A stretch of DNA of 64,000 bases from assembly GCA_002811645.1 (NCBI GenBank), contig PDIP01000020.1, positions 112,305-176,304 of the forward strand, in the 5' to 3' direction. Under the pieces are notes generated by a model that ran no database searches, had not been told where the DNA came from, and saw nothing but the letters and a program-made list of their open reading frames with translations. Source of the stretch: Corallochytrium limacisporum Hawaii (Eukaryota > Protista > Pluriformea). Below, piece after piece: positions 32,863 through 43,527 of this stretch (its first letter is position 1; each line of letters begins with the position of its first letter). The translations under genes and the position numbers were made by a program.

Positions 32863-35325
32863 ATGGGCTCCTTCCAGTCAAGACCAAAGGGTTTTATCAG
32901 GGACAGTTGGCTTAAAGGTCATCTACAGGAAATCGTTAACCTTGGACAAGATCAAGAATTTGAGAGACAGAATCTATTGAGTGAACCTGCTGAAAGCTGG
33001 CATGAAGTATTACGCGCCTCACACGAGCAAGACATTGACGCACTGCGTAGCTGTACTTCAAGAGGACGTGAATCATCAGAAATTCGTACACCAACAGGTC
33101 ATGCAGCACTACATATTGCAGCGGTGGCTGACCTGATTGCAGTGGCGCAAGTATTGGTAAACTCTGGTACGGATTCCCCAGACGTGAAAACGCCCTTGGG
33201 AAACAATGCCTTGCACCTTGCGGCCTTCCACCACGCAAACAATGTGCTAGATTATCTGCTGGACCTAGTCTGCGGGCAGAAAGGGGACCATGAAAATTGT
33301 CTATCTGTGACAAACCGTCTAGGATTTACACCACTTCACTGTGCTGTAATTGCCGGTAATTTTAGGGCAATCGAGCTGCTTATGGGCTGTGGGGTGAGCA
33401 GATCGGAACGAACAAACGATAAGTCTGACTCGGCATTGCATCTTGCGGTACTATGCAAGCATACAGATATTGCTGTGTACCTCAACGATGATGATTGTGC
33501 TGTGATGGTAAACAAGGACAGTGAAACTGCTCTCCATACGGCTGTTGGTCTTGGGGACGAAGACCTTGTCTCCGCGCTTTATACACCTCTAAGTTTGGAA
33601 ACCAAGGTTAAAGTCAATGAACTGAGAGACAATGAAGGGTTCGCCCTTATGCACATCGCTGTCAAGGCAGGAAATCTTTCCGTTGTAGAGATTTTGATGG
33701 AGTGCCTTCGCGGCAACCCCGACTTTGATCTCTACAAATTGCTGAACAATTTTGGAGACAATGTCTTGCATTTGGCTTGCTACTACGGTCACGAAAACAT
33801 TGTACACTATCTGGTGGACCACTTTGGGTTCGGACCAGGTAACTATCCCAACCATTTTGGAGACTTGCCGCTACACTGTGTGTGTCGAAGAGCAGACGCA
33901 GTCCAGCTGACAACTTTTCTTTGCAATATGGAGGAGGTAAAGATCAACGCCGTCAGCAGCGGACCTCATCAGGACGGTCACACTGCTTTGCATACTGCCT
34001 GCTATTTTGGACACATTGATGTCGTGCAGGTGCTGATTTCACACGGCGCTGATCCTACAATTGAAACTATTAAGGAGAAGACTCCGATTGACATGGCCTA
34101 TGATCAAGGATTTGACTCCCTGGTCACGGCGCTCCAGGGGCATCTGTTTAACATGGCCAATGACATTGCTACCACAAGCATTGCATGGCCATATCAAGGA
34201 ACAGTAAAGAACCCTCAGTACATGGTTCCAAGTTCACGGGGCAAGCTTAGGGCTGTGATTAAGGAGAAGGTGCAGCTGATGAACTTGAAAGCCATCTTGC
34301 CGTCTCATTTCCAGGTCAAATTCGACGAGATCATCTTTGAAGCCTCAATTGGCAGTGGCTCTTTCGGTGATGTATACCGAGGAACACTACATAATGAGCG
34401 TGTGGCCATCAAGCGTTTGCGAACTGGAAGTATCCGTGGTATTTCTGACGTAGAGCTGTTCTGTCGCGAAGTGGCAGTGATGAGCAAAGTCAGCCATCCA
34501 TCAATTGTGCGCTTTTGTGGATGCTGTTTGCGTGACCCTCGGAAGTTCTGCTTGCTGACAGAGTTTATGTCTGGTGGCACACTGTATAATCTTTTGCACA
34601 TCGAACGAAAGCTATTGGATCTCAATGCAAAGCTGCGTATCATTCTCGACATCGCGCAGGGACTTGCGTACTTGCATGGCCTAGATCCCAAAATTATTCA
34701 TCGAGACTTGAACTCTTTGAATATTCTGCTCGATGAATACGGTGGGGCAGCAATCAGTGACTTTGGTGAGTCCAAGATCTTTACGCCAGAGTCACGAAAC
34801 AATATGACAAAGTACCCAGGTAATTTGCGATGGATGGCGCCGGAGGTATTCAGTGGCACTGCTGCATACACAGAAATGGCTGACGTCTTCAGTTTTGGCT
34901 TGGTCCTCTGGGAGACGCTCATGTCGCAGCTGCCCTTTGAACACCTAAAACCACCTGCAGCAGCATCAGAAATGGCACACAACAAAAAGAGACCACCAAT
35001 TGCATCGCAGTTGCCGCGTCGCTTACAGATGCTGCTTAAGGAATGCTGGCAACACGTACCTGAGCGACGCCCTTCCATGAGTACTGTGGTGAAGACTCTG
35101 CTAAAGTATATGCGGACTGTGGACGGCAACGAGATCCAAGCAGTAGTACGTGGAAATCGGAAGAGTCATGTCTACCTTCCGGCCATTGGGAGCACCAGCA
35201 GCGACAAGGTCGGGCATCACCATCACCACTTAGAACCTTCGCATGAAGAACCTGCCAGCCGTTCAAACTCTGGAGATCATTTGTCTAACGAGGGTCAAGG
35301 CGAAACGACGTCAATAGGTGGCTAA
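32863..35325 (+). CDS. TNNI3K: Ankyrin-repeat tyrosine-kinase-like (TKL) kinase, TNNI3K orthologue-like
   Basis: MGSFQSRP start, about 9-10 ankyrin repeats, GSGSFG, VAIKR, FCREV, HRDLNS, DFGES, NMTKYPGNLRWMAPEVF, HLKP.AAA..MA. Confidence 0.88.
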   Translation: MGSFQSRPKGFIRDSWLKGHLQEIVNLGQDQEFERQNLLSEPAESWHEVLRASHEQDIDALRSCTSRGRESSEIRTPTGHAALHIAAVADLIAVAQVLVNSGTDSPDVKTPLGNNALHLAAFHHANNVLDYLLDLVCGQKGDHENCLSVTNRLGFTPLHCAVIAGNFRAIELLMGCGVSRSERTNDKSDSALHLAVLCKHTDIAVYLNDDDCAVMVNKDSETALHTAVGLGDEDLVSALYTPLSLETKVKVNELRDNEGFALMHIAVKAGNLSVVEILMECLRGNPDFDLYKLLNNFGDNVLHLACYYGHENIVHYLVDHFGFGPGNYPNHFGDLPLHCVCRRADAVQLTTFLCNMEEVKINAVSSGPHQDGHTALHTACYFGHIDVVQVLISHGADPTIETIKEKTPIDMAYDQGFDSLVTALQGHLFNMANDIATTSIAWPYQGTVKNPQYMVPSSRGKLRAVIKEKVQLMNLKAILPSHFQVKFDEIIFEASIGSGSFGDVYRGTLHNERVAIKRLRTGSIRGISDVELFCREVAVMSKVSHPSIVRFCGCCLRDPRKFCLLTEFMSGGTLYNLLHIERKLLDLNAKLRIILDIAQGLAYLHGLDPKIIHRDLNSLNILLDEYGGAAISDFGESKIFTPESRNNMTKYPGNLRWMAPEVFSGTAAYTEMADVFSFGLVLWETLMSQLPFEHLKPPAAASEMAHNKKRPPIASQLPRRLQMLLKECWQHVPERRPSMSTVVKTLLKYMRTVDGNEIQAVVRGNRKSHVYLPAIGSTSSDKVGHHHHHLEPSHEEPASRSNSGDHLSNEGQGETTSIGG

Positions 35326-35403
35326 CTGTAAAATGTAAATGATGTATTTAAATATATGCTAGTATGATCTTATCAACTATGAAAACAGGTTGTAAATATG
35401 TTT

Positions 35404-38400
35404 CTACTCGTCCTCCTCTTCGAGATGAGGCAGTGCTTGGTCAATTTTCTTTGCGGCCAGGTTCTTACGGACCGTCATCAATTCGCTCAGGCGCCTTCTA
35501 GCCTTGCGATGTCGCCACACCATTGCAATCATTTTCGCTGCATACCATTCGCGAGTAGACATGCTGTCTTCCTCCTCCCAATCTCTCAGCTTGTCAGTGT
35601 CAGAGCCAGAAGCGGCTGATGCTCTGCATTCAGCCAGATCAATCTTCACGGATTGCCGTCGTTCATCAACATCTTTGATGGACTCATGCTGGTCTTCATC
35701 AGTGCCTGTTGACGTGTTGTCAATACTCATGGTCGATGTGTCTGACGTCCGGGTATCTTTGTGCAATTCATTGGTCTCCGGGTCATCACCGCCTTTCTTC
35801 AAATAGTAGTACATCTTACGCGTGGTATGATTTTGGAATGCATGGTCACCGCTGAGAATCATTCCTACAAGGGCTTCGTTATACTTGACGTAAGGCATGC
35901 CTTTTTTGACTCCAGACATGCTCGGAATATTCTTTGGAAAGTGTAGCGGAATGCAAGCATTACGCAGTTTACACATGATAGCTTGCTGTGATGCGTGCTT
36001 GCCGCAGCCCACCGGGGGTTCCATCACTGCCATCAAGGTCTCCAACTCCTTCAGAGAAATAAAGCCCGTGGCATAAACATCGATCTTTTCCCATTTTTGG
36101 CCGAATCGAGCGAGTTTAGTAGTGGTCAAATAGGCTGGGTCAGCTGTCAGGTATTCAAAGTAGTCAAGAACCACGGCAGTAAATACATTCAAAGCCAGGA
36201 AGGTCGACATAAAGACAAAGAAGATCATGAAGGGGATTGCAGTCCAAGATCCACCCGGATTATTGACCATGGCTTCGGTTATACCGAACCAATCCTCTCC
36301 CGTGGAGCACACAATGAGAGTTTGTGTGGCACGAGGGAACGAGCTGAAATTTTGCCACCTGTTAAGCGCAGTGTTAGGATCTTGTTCGATGCTACCGTAC
36401 GCACCGACACCAACGGTGGCGAATCCGTAGTACACAAAGCAAACAAGGACCAATACACTTGGTAAAGACTTCATGCTGGCACGAAGTGTCCACAGCATCT
36501 CCCGTACACTACGAACAGCGGCCATGATTCGGATCAAGCGGAATACTCGCGCAATGCGGAAGAATGTGACGCGTTCCACAACCAGATCGATAATACTGCC
36601 CACAATGATCGCAAAATCGAACTTGTTCCAGTCGTCGACAAAGTATTCAAAACCATAGGCCAGTAATTTCAGCATGGCTTCGCAAACGAATATGGCAGTG
36701 AATACCATATTGCTGATCTCAATCACGGTCTCATGTGTTTCTGACATTCCAGAATATTGGGTGGCCAGGAAGGCGATATTGAGCACAATCATAGAGAAGA
36801 TGAAAATTTCAAACTTTAGACTGGTCACAAAATCATGAATCGATGCTTGCCATCGCGTTAGCGGCTTCCGACAATATTTCAATTTTGCCGTCTGTGCAAA
36901 GTGTACGCAGCGATCCAGGCGGAGCTCGACATAGTCGCCATCCACCTTTACGGTCTTGTCAGCCTCACTGGCCTCTCGGAACACCCCGACGACCGTACCG
37001 GTGAAGAAGGAAACCAAGAAAAGCGATACAACAGTAAGGTACGAAACCATAAAGAGGGCTGCTGGCCATGGGTCAGCAAACTCTTCCTGTGCACATCCAG
37101 TGCATGATGAATTTACCATATCCTCCATTACCTCAGGCCAGCCTTCGAATGTTGCAAGTACAAAGAGTGTAAACAGTGCGTTTGCGACATTATCGAAGTT
37201 GAGGAAGGCGTTTTCCCACTCGCGGTCGACTGTAGCGCCATCAGTATCCACAAATGTGCCATTGCATTCCGTATAGAGCTTGACAGATGGATCGTTGCAG
37301 TTGCCAAAGCTGCCCCTGTAGAGGTACACTCCTATAAGGGCGAAAATGTACATGATCAATAGCATACAGGTAATGACGTATCCAACAGATGCAATGGAAT
37401 GCCAAGCGGCCCAGATGACCTTTCGCAGAGCAACAAACGCGGAGACACTGCGAAGTGGACGGAACGCGCGGAGGATACGGAATGAGCGTAGGTATATGAA
37501 CCCTGCCTTGTCAGCAATTAGACCGATGAGTAGAATTATGGTGAGAATGAAATCCATACGATTCCATCCGTCAGACCAATACTTCTTCCACCCCCAGGCC
37601 GAAACCTTAAGGATAATCTCCATGCAGAAAAGAACAGAGAAGGCAACATCTACCCAGATCCAAATGTGATCGTACTGAGGATAGTCCTCCTCAAAGATCA
37701 GCATCACCGCCGAGGCGAAAATGATAAACAGGATTGCCCGATCAAACCATTTGTTGTCCACAATCGGAGACGTCCACTGCTTGATAGTGGATCGGTGCTC
37801 TTCGTTCATATTGAAGCGATCCATGAATTCATGTACACGAAGTTTACAATGCAACCATGGCACCTTCACGTGGGTGTTCCAAACCCTGTTGAACTTCTTG
37901 CGAAAGCGGGCCGCTTGGGGACTTGTTTTCACCTCCATCTCTTTCATCAGTTGGTCGTACCTCTCAACCTCATTGACAGCTATGGCCAAAGCTACATTCA
38001 GTAGAATAAATGTTCCGAGGAAGACAAGGATCACAAAGTATAGCGAAGATACCAGTGGCAATCCAGTTTCAGGAATGACATCGTACATCACATCATTCCA
38101 ATTCTCTCCACTAATGACTACCAAAGTTGACAACAGTGATCGACCGAAATTACTGAAGTTGTAAAAGCTGTCCTCTCCGTATTGGCCGAAGACATGAAGC
38201 CCAAAGATTGCAAACATTAGAATGGTGATTGCGATCAGCAGAAACAAATGGGCACTCACCTTCAGACTGCTGACAAGCGCTCTCGAAAGTCCAACGATTT
38301 GGCGAGATAGGTTCCATCGATTCAAAATAGAAAACAAGCGGAATGCTCGCAGGGCCAGCAGGCCCTGAGCCGAATCTGTAGTACCGGATGCGTCCAAGAT

Positions 38401-40149
38401 GAAAGCCATTACTGAAAGAAGCGTAATGATAAAATCAATCCAGTGCGTTGGAACAGCGAAATAGTCCTTAATACCTAGGGCAGGGATCCGAATACAACAC
38501 TCAATCACGAAAATGAAAGTAGTGATTAAGGTGCCTACCAGGAGAATGTACTGCAAGTATTCATCTTCTGGCCAATGATTAAGTGACAAAATCAACAAGG
38601 TTGCGATAATGTTGAGATCAATCGTCAGTTGGAACAGAACACTCTCATCTATCCTCCTGGAAGGGGCATAGTACATGGTCTTCCAATTGTCGCCTACCCA
38701 ACCCTTTGCATTCAGATCCGGTTCATCCACCTCCTCATCACCATCCTCCAATTTGTCAATTCGCATTGGAGACGTTCCTTTCTCGACATTCTCAGATTCC
38801 CCAATATTGTCGAAATCTTGCAAAGTTGTCTCTAACTCTTGTTTCCCCAAGTCTTCTTCTGTGATGGCTTTGTCAACCCATGCCATGTATCCATTCAGGT
38901 GATCATTGACCATGGCCTGAACAAATCTCTGTTCTTTCTGTAGTTGCTGCATACTGCGAGCTCTCTCACGATGAAATTCTCCAGCGATGACGCCTAAGAA
39001 AAGATTCACCAAAAAGAAAGAGCACAGGAAGACAAGGCTCAGGTAGAACACCCATGTCCAATCGTCCACTGCATCCTGTGTCCAGTACATTACTTCGGCC
39101 CATCCTTCCAGGGTGGAACACTGGAAAATAGTCAGCAGCGAGAACCCGATGTTGTCATAGTTTGTCACCCCATCATTAGGTGACTGGTCACTTGCAATAC
39201 ATACCGCATCTCCCGAGCACGTGAAGCCAGAATTCTCCAAATCACAGGGACCAGCCAATGGTGCGGGCTCCTCAATGACGGTACCATCTGGAAGCGCACA
39301 CACTGAGTTCAAGTCTCCAGCAAAGAATTCCAGACCTGTGATGGCCCAAAGTAAGAGAGTGGTAGCATACATAATGAAAATGATCGCCAACTTGGGCACC
39401 GAATTCATCAGAGATACGACGATCAATGTGAGTCTAGGTGACAGGCCAATCAATCGGACCAACCGCAGGGCCCTCAGGGCAAAGAAAGCACTGATGTTCT
39501 GACCGATCTGTTGGAAGATCAGGTCGACCCAACCCAGAATCACGATAAGAAAGTCAAGTCGATTCAATAGCGCCCGGAAATAAGCATTCTCGTCCTGCCA
39601 GCCGCCATATGCTACTAGTTTAACCAGGGCTTCCACAGAGTATATGGCCAGGAACAACTTTTCCAGTTGAGCCAGTTGGCGATTGGGGTACTCATCGGCA
39701 TCAACTTCAGGTTGATAAAGTGCAAGACAAATAATGTTCACAACGATCGTAAATGCGATGAACCTCTGTGTGTACCGATGTTCTACAAAATTGATACAAA
39801 ACTGGCGAAACGGATTTTTTAACTTGAAAAGATAGAGACTCCGTGGACCCCGGGGAAGACCAGTCGTGTCCTTGCGATTGAAGTTTTTTGAAATCCTGAG
39901 GGCCTCCTTTTGTTTCCATTCGTCATTCTGCAGCATGTCATTGTGAAACTTTTCTTTGGCCTCTTCGCTGAGATCATAATGGGAAAACCAGCGACTAGCT
40001 CTGTCGTGTATCCTTGAACTAATTGACCTGCGTGGAGAATTAGACTGTCCCGACGGCCAGGCCTGTAGTGAGCCGTCCGAGTGATGCAACGGGTTTAGGG
40101 ACTCCCGTTGATCACCAGGAGGGCCTGGTGAGTGTGTGGCCATGTCCAC
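35404..40149 (-). CDS. Voltage-gated calcium channel alpha-1 subunit, Cav1/Cav2 (HVA)-like
   Basis: Four 6-TM repeats with Arg-rich S4; pore loops TLEGW/SGENW/TFEGW/TGEDW (EEEE); AID-like LNGYMAWV; EF-hand-like and IQ-like C-terminus. Confidence 0.95.
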   Translation of the reverse strand: MDMATHSPGPPGDQRESLNPLHHSDGSLQAWPSGQSNSPRRSISSRIHDRASRWFSHYDLSEEAKEKFHNDMLQNDEWKQKEALRISKNFNRKDTTGLPRGPRSLYLFKLKNPFRQFCINFVEHRYTQRFIAFTIVVNIICLALYQPEVDADEYPNRQLAQLEKLFLAIYSVEALVKLVAYGGWQDENAYFRALLNRLDFLIVILGWVDLIFQQIGQNISAFFALRALRLVRLIGLSPRLTLIVVSLMNSVPKLAIIFIMYATTLLLWAITGLEFFAGDLNSVCALPDGTVIEEPAPLAGPCDLENSGFTCSGDAVCIASDQSPNDGVTNYDNIGFSLLTIFQCSTLEGWAEVMYWTQDAVDDWTWVFYLSLVFLCSFFLVNLFLGVIAGEFHRERARSMQQLQKEQRFVQAMVNDHLNGYMAWVDKAITEEDLGKQELETTLQDFDNIGESENVEKGTSPMRIDKLEDGDEEVDEPDLNAKGWVGDNWKTMYYAPSRRIDESVLFQLTIDLNIIATLLILSLNHWPEDEYLQYILLVGTLITTFIFVIECCIRIPALGIKDYFAVPTHWIDFIITLLSVMAFILDASGTTDSAQGLLALRAFRLFSILNRWNLSRQIVGLSRALVSSLKVSAHLFLLIAITILMFAIFGLHVFGQYGEDSFYNFSNFGRSLLSTLVVISGENWNDVMYDVIPETGLPLVSSLYFVILVFLGTFILLNVALAIAVNEVERYDQLMKEMEVKTSPQAARFRKKFNRVWNTHVKVPWLHCKLRVHEFMDRFNMNEEHRSTIKQWTSPIVDNKWFDRAILFIIFASAVMLIFEEDYPQYDHIWIWVDVAFSVLFCMEIILKVSAWGWKKYWSDGWNRMDFILTIILLIGLIADKAGFIYLRSFRILRAFRPLRSVSAFVALRKVIWAAWHSIASVGYVITCMLLIMYIFALIGVYLYRGSFGNCNDPSVKLYTECNGTFVDTDGATVDREWENAFLNFDNVANALFTLFVLATFEGWPEVMEDMVNSSCTGCAQEEFADPWPAALFMVSYLTVVSLFLVSFFTGTVVGVFREASEADKTVKVDGDYVELRLDRCVHFAQTAKLKYCRKPLTRWQASIHDFVTSLKFEIFIFSMIVLNIAFLATQYSGMSETHETVIEISNMVFTAIFVCEAMLKLLAYGFEYFVDDWNKFDFAIIVGSIIDLVVERVTFFRIARVFRLIRIMAAVRSVREMLWTLRASMKSLPSVLVLVCFVYYGFATVGVGAYGSIEQDPNTALNRWQNFSSFPRATQTLIVCSTGEDWFGITEAMVNNPGGSWTAIPFMIFFVFMSTFLALNVFTAVVLDYFEYLTADPAYLTTTKLARFGQKWEKIDVYATGFISLKELETLMAVMEPPVGCGKHASQQAIMCKLRNACIPLHFPKNIPSMSGVKKGMPYVKYNEALVGMILSGDHAFQNHTTRKMYYYLKKGGDDPETNELHKDTRTSDTSTMSIDNTSTGTDEDQHESIKDVDERRQSVKIDLAECRASAASGSDTDKLRDWEEEDSMSTREWYAAKMIAMVWRHRKARRRLSELMTVRKNLAAKKIDQALPHLEEEDE

Positions 40150-42089
40150 CCGAACAAAGATAGTCTTACTGGAAATTTCTACGTCATATTCTCTCGCTGT
40201 CGGTTCCTAAGCATAGACAACTGCATTCCACGGCATTACTTCCGGTGGGCAGATGGACTTCTTGTAGCTTTTCCTATACTTTGATATCCAATTAGTGAGC
40301 CACCAACCACATGAAAACTCGCATCAAGAATATCCGCATACTGCTCTGTGACACTGGGCCCGGGGTCACGCTCGTATCCTCATGTACGCCATCAGTATGA
40401 GGGCACCTAAGATCAATTCGTTCGAATGGCGGTGGCTCGAAGGAACCGCTGAGCGACATTGTCGGGCACACACAAATGCCCCCATAGCTGGAGTAGAGTG
40501 TGAGGCGAGTTGCCTCGGCCGCCTTGAGTCTTTCCTTTATAGTGAACGAACGCGGCATTTCAAGCGGCAGTTTTGATGAAGTCTTCCGTGCAGAAAGGAA
40601 ACGAATCGGCAAATTCCCGCATCCCCCCAAACGCAAACCGAGACCGAATTCTTCGCGTGTTTGATCTAGTAGGGAGGGGAGCCCAAGCCACTCAAGGCCA
40701 AAAATGGTCCGAGATTGTAGGAGGGAAAGAATAATCCATGGTGCTTCTGTCATGTCCTGGCTGTTATCTCTCTTTTTCCCCCCATTGTCCAGACAAAGAT
40801 CACAATATTAATGAAACTTGGCGAAATTCTGTAGTGTATTCACTAATCATTTCGTGCCCGACGTCGTCTCTCACTGAATGCGGGCTTCCGGTCTTGAGAT
40901 TCCGGACGGACAGATGGTCACTGACCCAACTGCTAAACGGTCAACAGTTGAGTAACCAAAGGGAAGCGAGAAAGTGCCCAGCATTGGACGTAAACATGTG
41001 AATATCATGCTAATATACCAGACACTGGAAAGAAACAAGAGGTCAATAGGTGGCGCTCTTCATGCTCAGTTTGGCAGATCTTATTTCTATCAATTTCGAA
41101 TTTAGTCCCTCCCCCGCTATCAGCTAGTGGCCTCCAACACTCCCTCCTTGTGACAGCAGGAACGTCGCGTACTTTAGCAACGGCAAAAGAACCCGTTGAG
41201 CTCACGAATTCCCCAATTGACGGGGGACTGGTGGCTTCAGGACGTGGTGGACATTCTGAAAAAGAAAGAAAGGGTTACCAGGGGTAAATTTGGTTCGTGA
41301 TCAAAATAACAGCTCTCTTCAAGGGGTTGCTGCTTGGTGACCCACCCCACGGCGGAATGGAATGGACGGCCAGAAGCAGGTGGCTCGCAACCAGGGCTGA
41401 CGCCACCAACCCATCACCGCTACCTCGGGCTCCAGGCGGTGCCCACCTGTAGCCGAGTGGGTACCAACTAGTCCGGCCAACATGCTGTTTCTATAAACGC
41501 AATATTCCTTTCTGTGGAGGAAATTGAAAGATAGTCCGATCAAGCGTAATTCGTACCTGCGGAAAGGCAATTGGCACCATGCATATCGATGCAAAGATGG
41601 GATGGTTGGGTAACAGGGAGGGACGAAATTACAATCGGCTCATATCACTAAGCCTTAGACCTACTTCCCAACAACATATTGCAAAATTCTTTTGCGAGCT
41701 GCGGCCAGCTTGTATCCCTTGTCCTTGCCGGGGAAAATCATTTCTGGAGCAAAGGCAGGAGAAACTGCCCCCTAACCTAGAATACAGGGGCCTATTTATT
41801 CTTAAGTTTGTTAAAATTGTCCGGATGTCATATTGCTCTGGGAGCTGTGACAATTCATAAAGCAGTCCCGGAGGGAACCCCCACGCGGAATTGAGCACTG
41901 CTGAGACGTAATACGAGAGTGCTGAGGTGACGTTCTATGGAGTTGGGGGAGAGGGCGTCATGCCATGCCCTGGCTTGGCACTACATTGACATGCTATATG
42001 AGAAAGATGACGACTACTTGCGCACTTACTTCGTCCATGTGGTGAAGGAAGTGTTATTTACGAGAAAGTGACATTGTAAACTAGGCACT

Positions 42090-42491
42090 ATGAGTCACTG
42101 TGAGTCCGACGGTAAGGACAAGATAATTTATATGTCCAAAGCGGACGAAGATGCTACAGAGCACGAAGAAGATTACCAAGGGGCTATTCGTCCCGACGGC
42201 AGCATAGATTGGGATTGTCCCTGTCTTCAGGGCATGGCCCACGGTCCCTGTGGGGAGGAATTTCGCAGTGCCTTTGGTTGCTTTGTGAATTCCGAAGAGG
42301 ATCCTAAGGGCGCCGATTGCGTGGACTATTTTCGTAGTATGCAGGAATGCATGGCTAATTTTCCGGAGTACTACAACACTAGGGATGAACCCACTGAAGA
42401 AGGCGACGAGGAGACAGAGGCTGAAGAGGCGGCGGTTGGCATGGCTGAACTGGCCGCTGAGGCTGGAAAGAAAGGTAGTGCAAATGAGTAA
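42090..42491 (+). CDS. CHCHD4: Mitochondrial intermembrane-space oxidoreductase Mia40/CHCHD4
   Basis: IDWDCPCL redox motif plus twin CX9C (CGEEFRSAFGC, CVDYFRSMQEC); no TM anchor. Confidence 0.96.
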   Translation: MSHCESDGKDKIIYMSKADEDATEHEEDYQGAIRPDGSIDWDCPCLQGMAHGPCGEEFRSAFGCFVNSEEDPKGADCVDYFRSMQECMANFPEYYNTRDEPTEEGDEETEAEEAAVGMAELAAEAGKKGSANE

Positions 42492-42577
42492 GACCTATAC
42501 TTAGGTCTAATGAAAATTGCTTTATTCGACGCAATACAAATGGCGATGATGACATGAACAATATAGTGCCATCATCG

Positions 42578-43527
42578 TCATGAAAGCTTCAGGAGGAGCT
42601 CAGCTTTCTTCTTAGCAAGTGCCACAACTTCCTTGGTGGGTTCAGGAACCAATGAAACGTCATCTCCGTCTGGGTTCCCGGCAGGGTCCCTGTCGTTCTT
42701 GTTGCTGCCGATGTCATTCAAGACTGTCGATGGAGAGGAAGATACGGAACTACCAGTGTCAGTCAAAAATCTTAAAGAAATTTCAATAAACATAGCATGT
42801 TGATCAACGTGAATGGAATACCTACATTTTGTTTCTGCATCGATCTCAGCAGCTTCCAGCCGCTTTCCTTCCTCATCATCCATGGTATCTCCGTAGTATG
42901 CGCAGTCGAGTTCCTTGTTAACAATGATATCAGCTTCTGCATCCTCAGCCCTCCGCTTCTCCTTTCGCTCTTCCGCTCCTGCAAGATATGCCTTCACCTC
43001 CGGCAATTCTTTCGCTGCTCCGTAGTAGACATATCCACCCTGCTCAGGGATTGTGACACCTTCTTCCATGAACTTCTCTTTGGTAAAATTCGGTCCCTTG
43101 AGCTCCACAATACGCCTATTCCAGCGCCTTCTTTCACGGACTAATGCATTCGCCTTCTCATTCAGTTCTCGAATCCTGCTGTTCTCCAGTGTTGGGTCGA
43201 CCATGTCGGCTAGCACTCTCTTCGTTTCCACAATTATTTCCTTTCGCCATCTCTGAGCTTCTGCGACATCTGCAACCGAGGACACGAGACGAGGCCGTGT
43301 GACCTTGGACCCATCTATATCTGTATGCCTCTGCCATATATCTTGTAGATCTTTACGTGCCTGCATGGCCAAGTGAGTACCGTACTTGTGCTCGAGTTGG
43401 TCGACCACCTCTCTCGCTTACTCTGTCCCGCAATGCATGCGATAGAGAAAATCCACGAATATGGCTAAACTACAGATGCTTTAGCATTGTACATTTCCTC
43501 TTATTCCAAATACCTGCCGCGAACCAT
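42578..43527 (-). CDS. ISY1: Pre-mRNA splicing factor Isy1; proposed exons 43527-43514, 43464-43422, 43360-42578
   Basis: RP..., A.RWR.EII, RIRELN...N.L.RE...W..RI.EL.GP, GYVYYGAAKELPEVK, AYYG, KKKAELL. The 5' exon model is inferred from frame-consistent splice signals; the unspliced alternative starts at ATG 43366. Confidence 0.88.

Noticed and set aside
41420-41466. GC-rich hairpin with TGTAG loop, reminiscent of the SRP RNA Alu domain
   Set aside because: No SRP helix-8 motif or long helix 5 found nearby.
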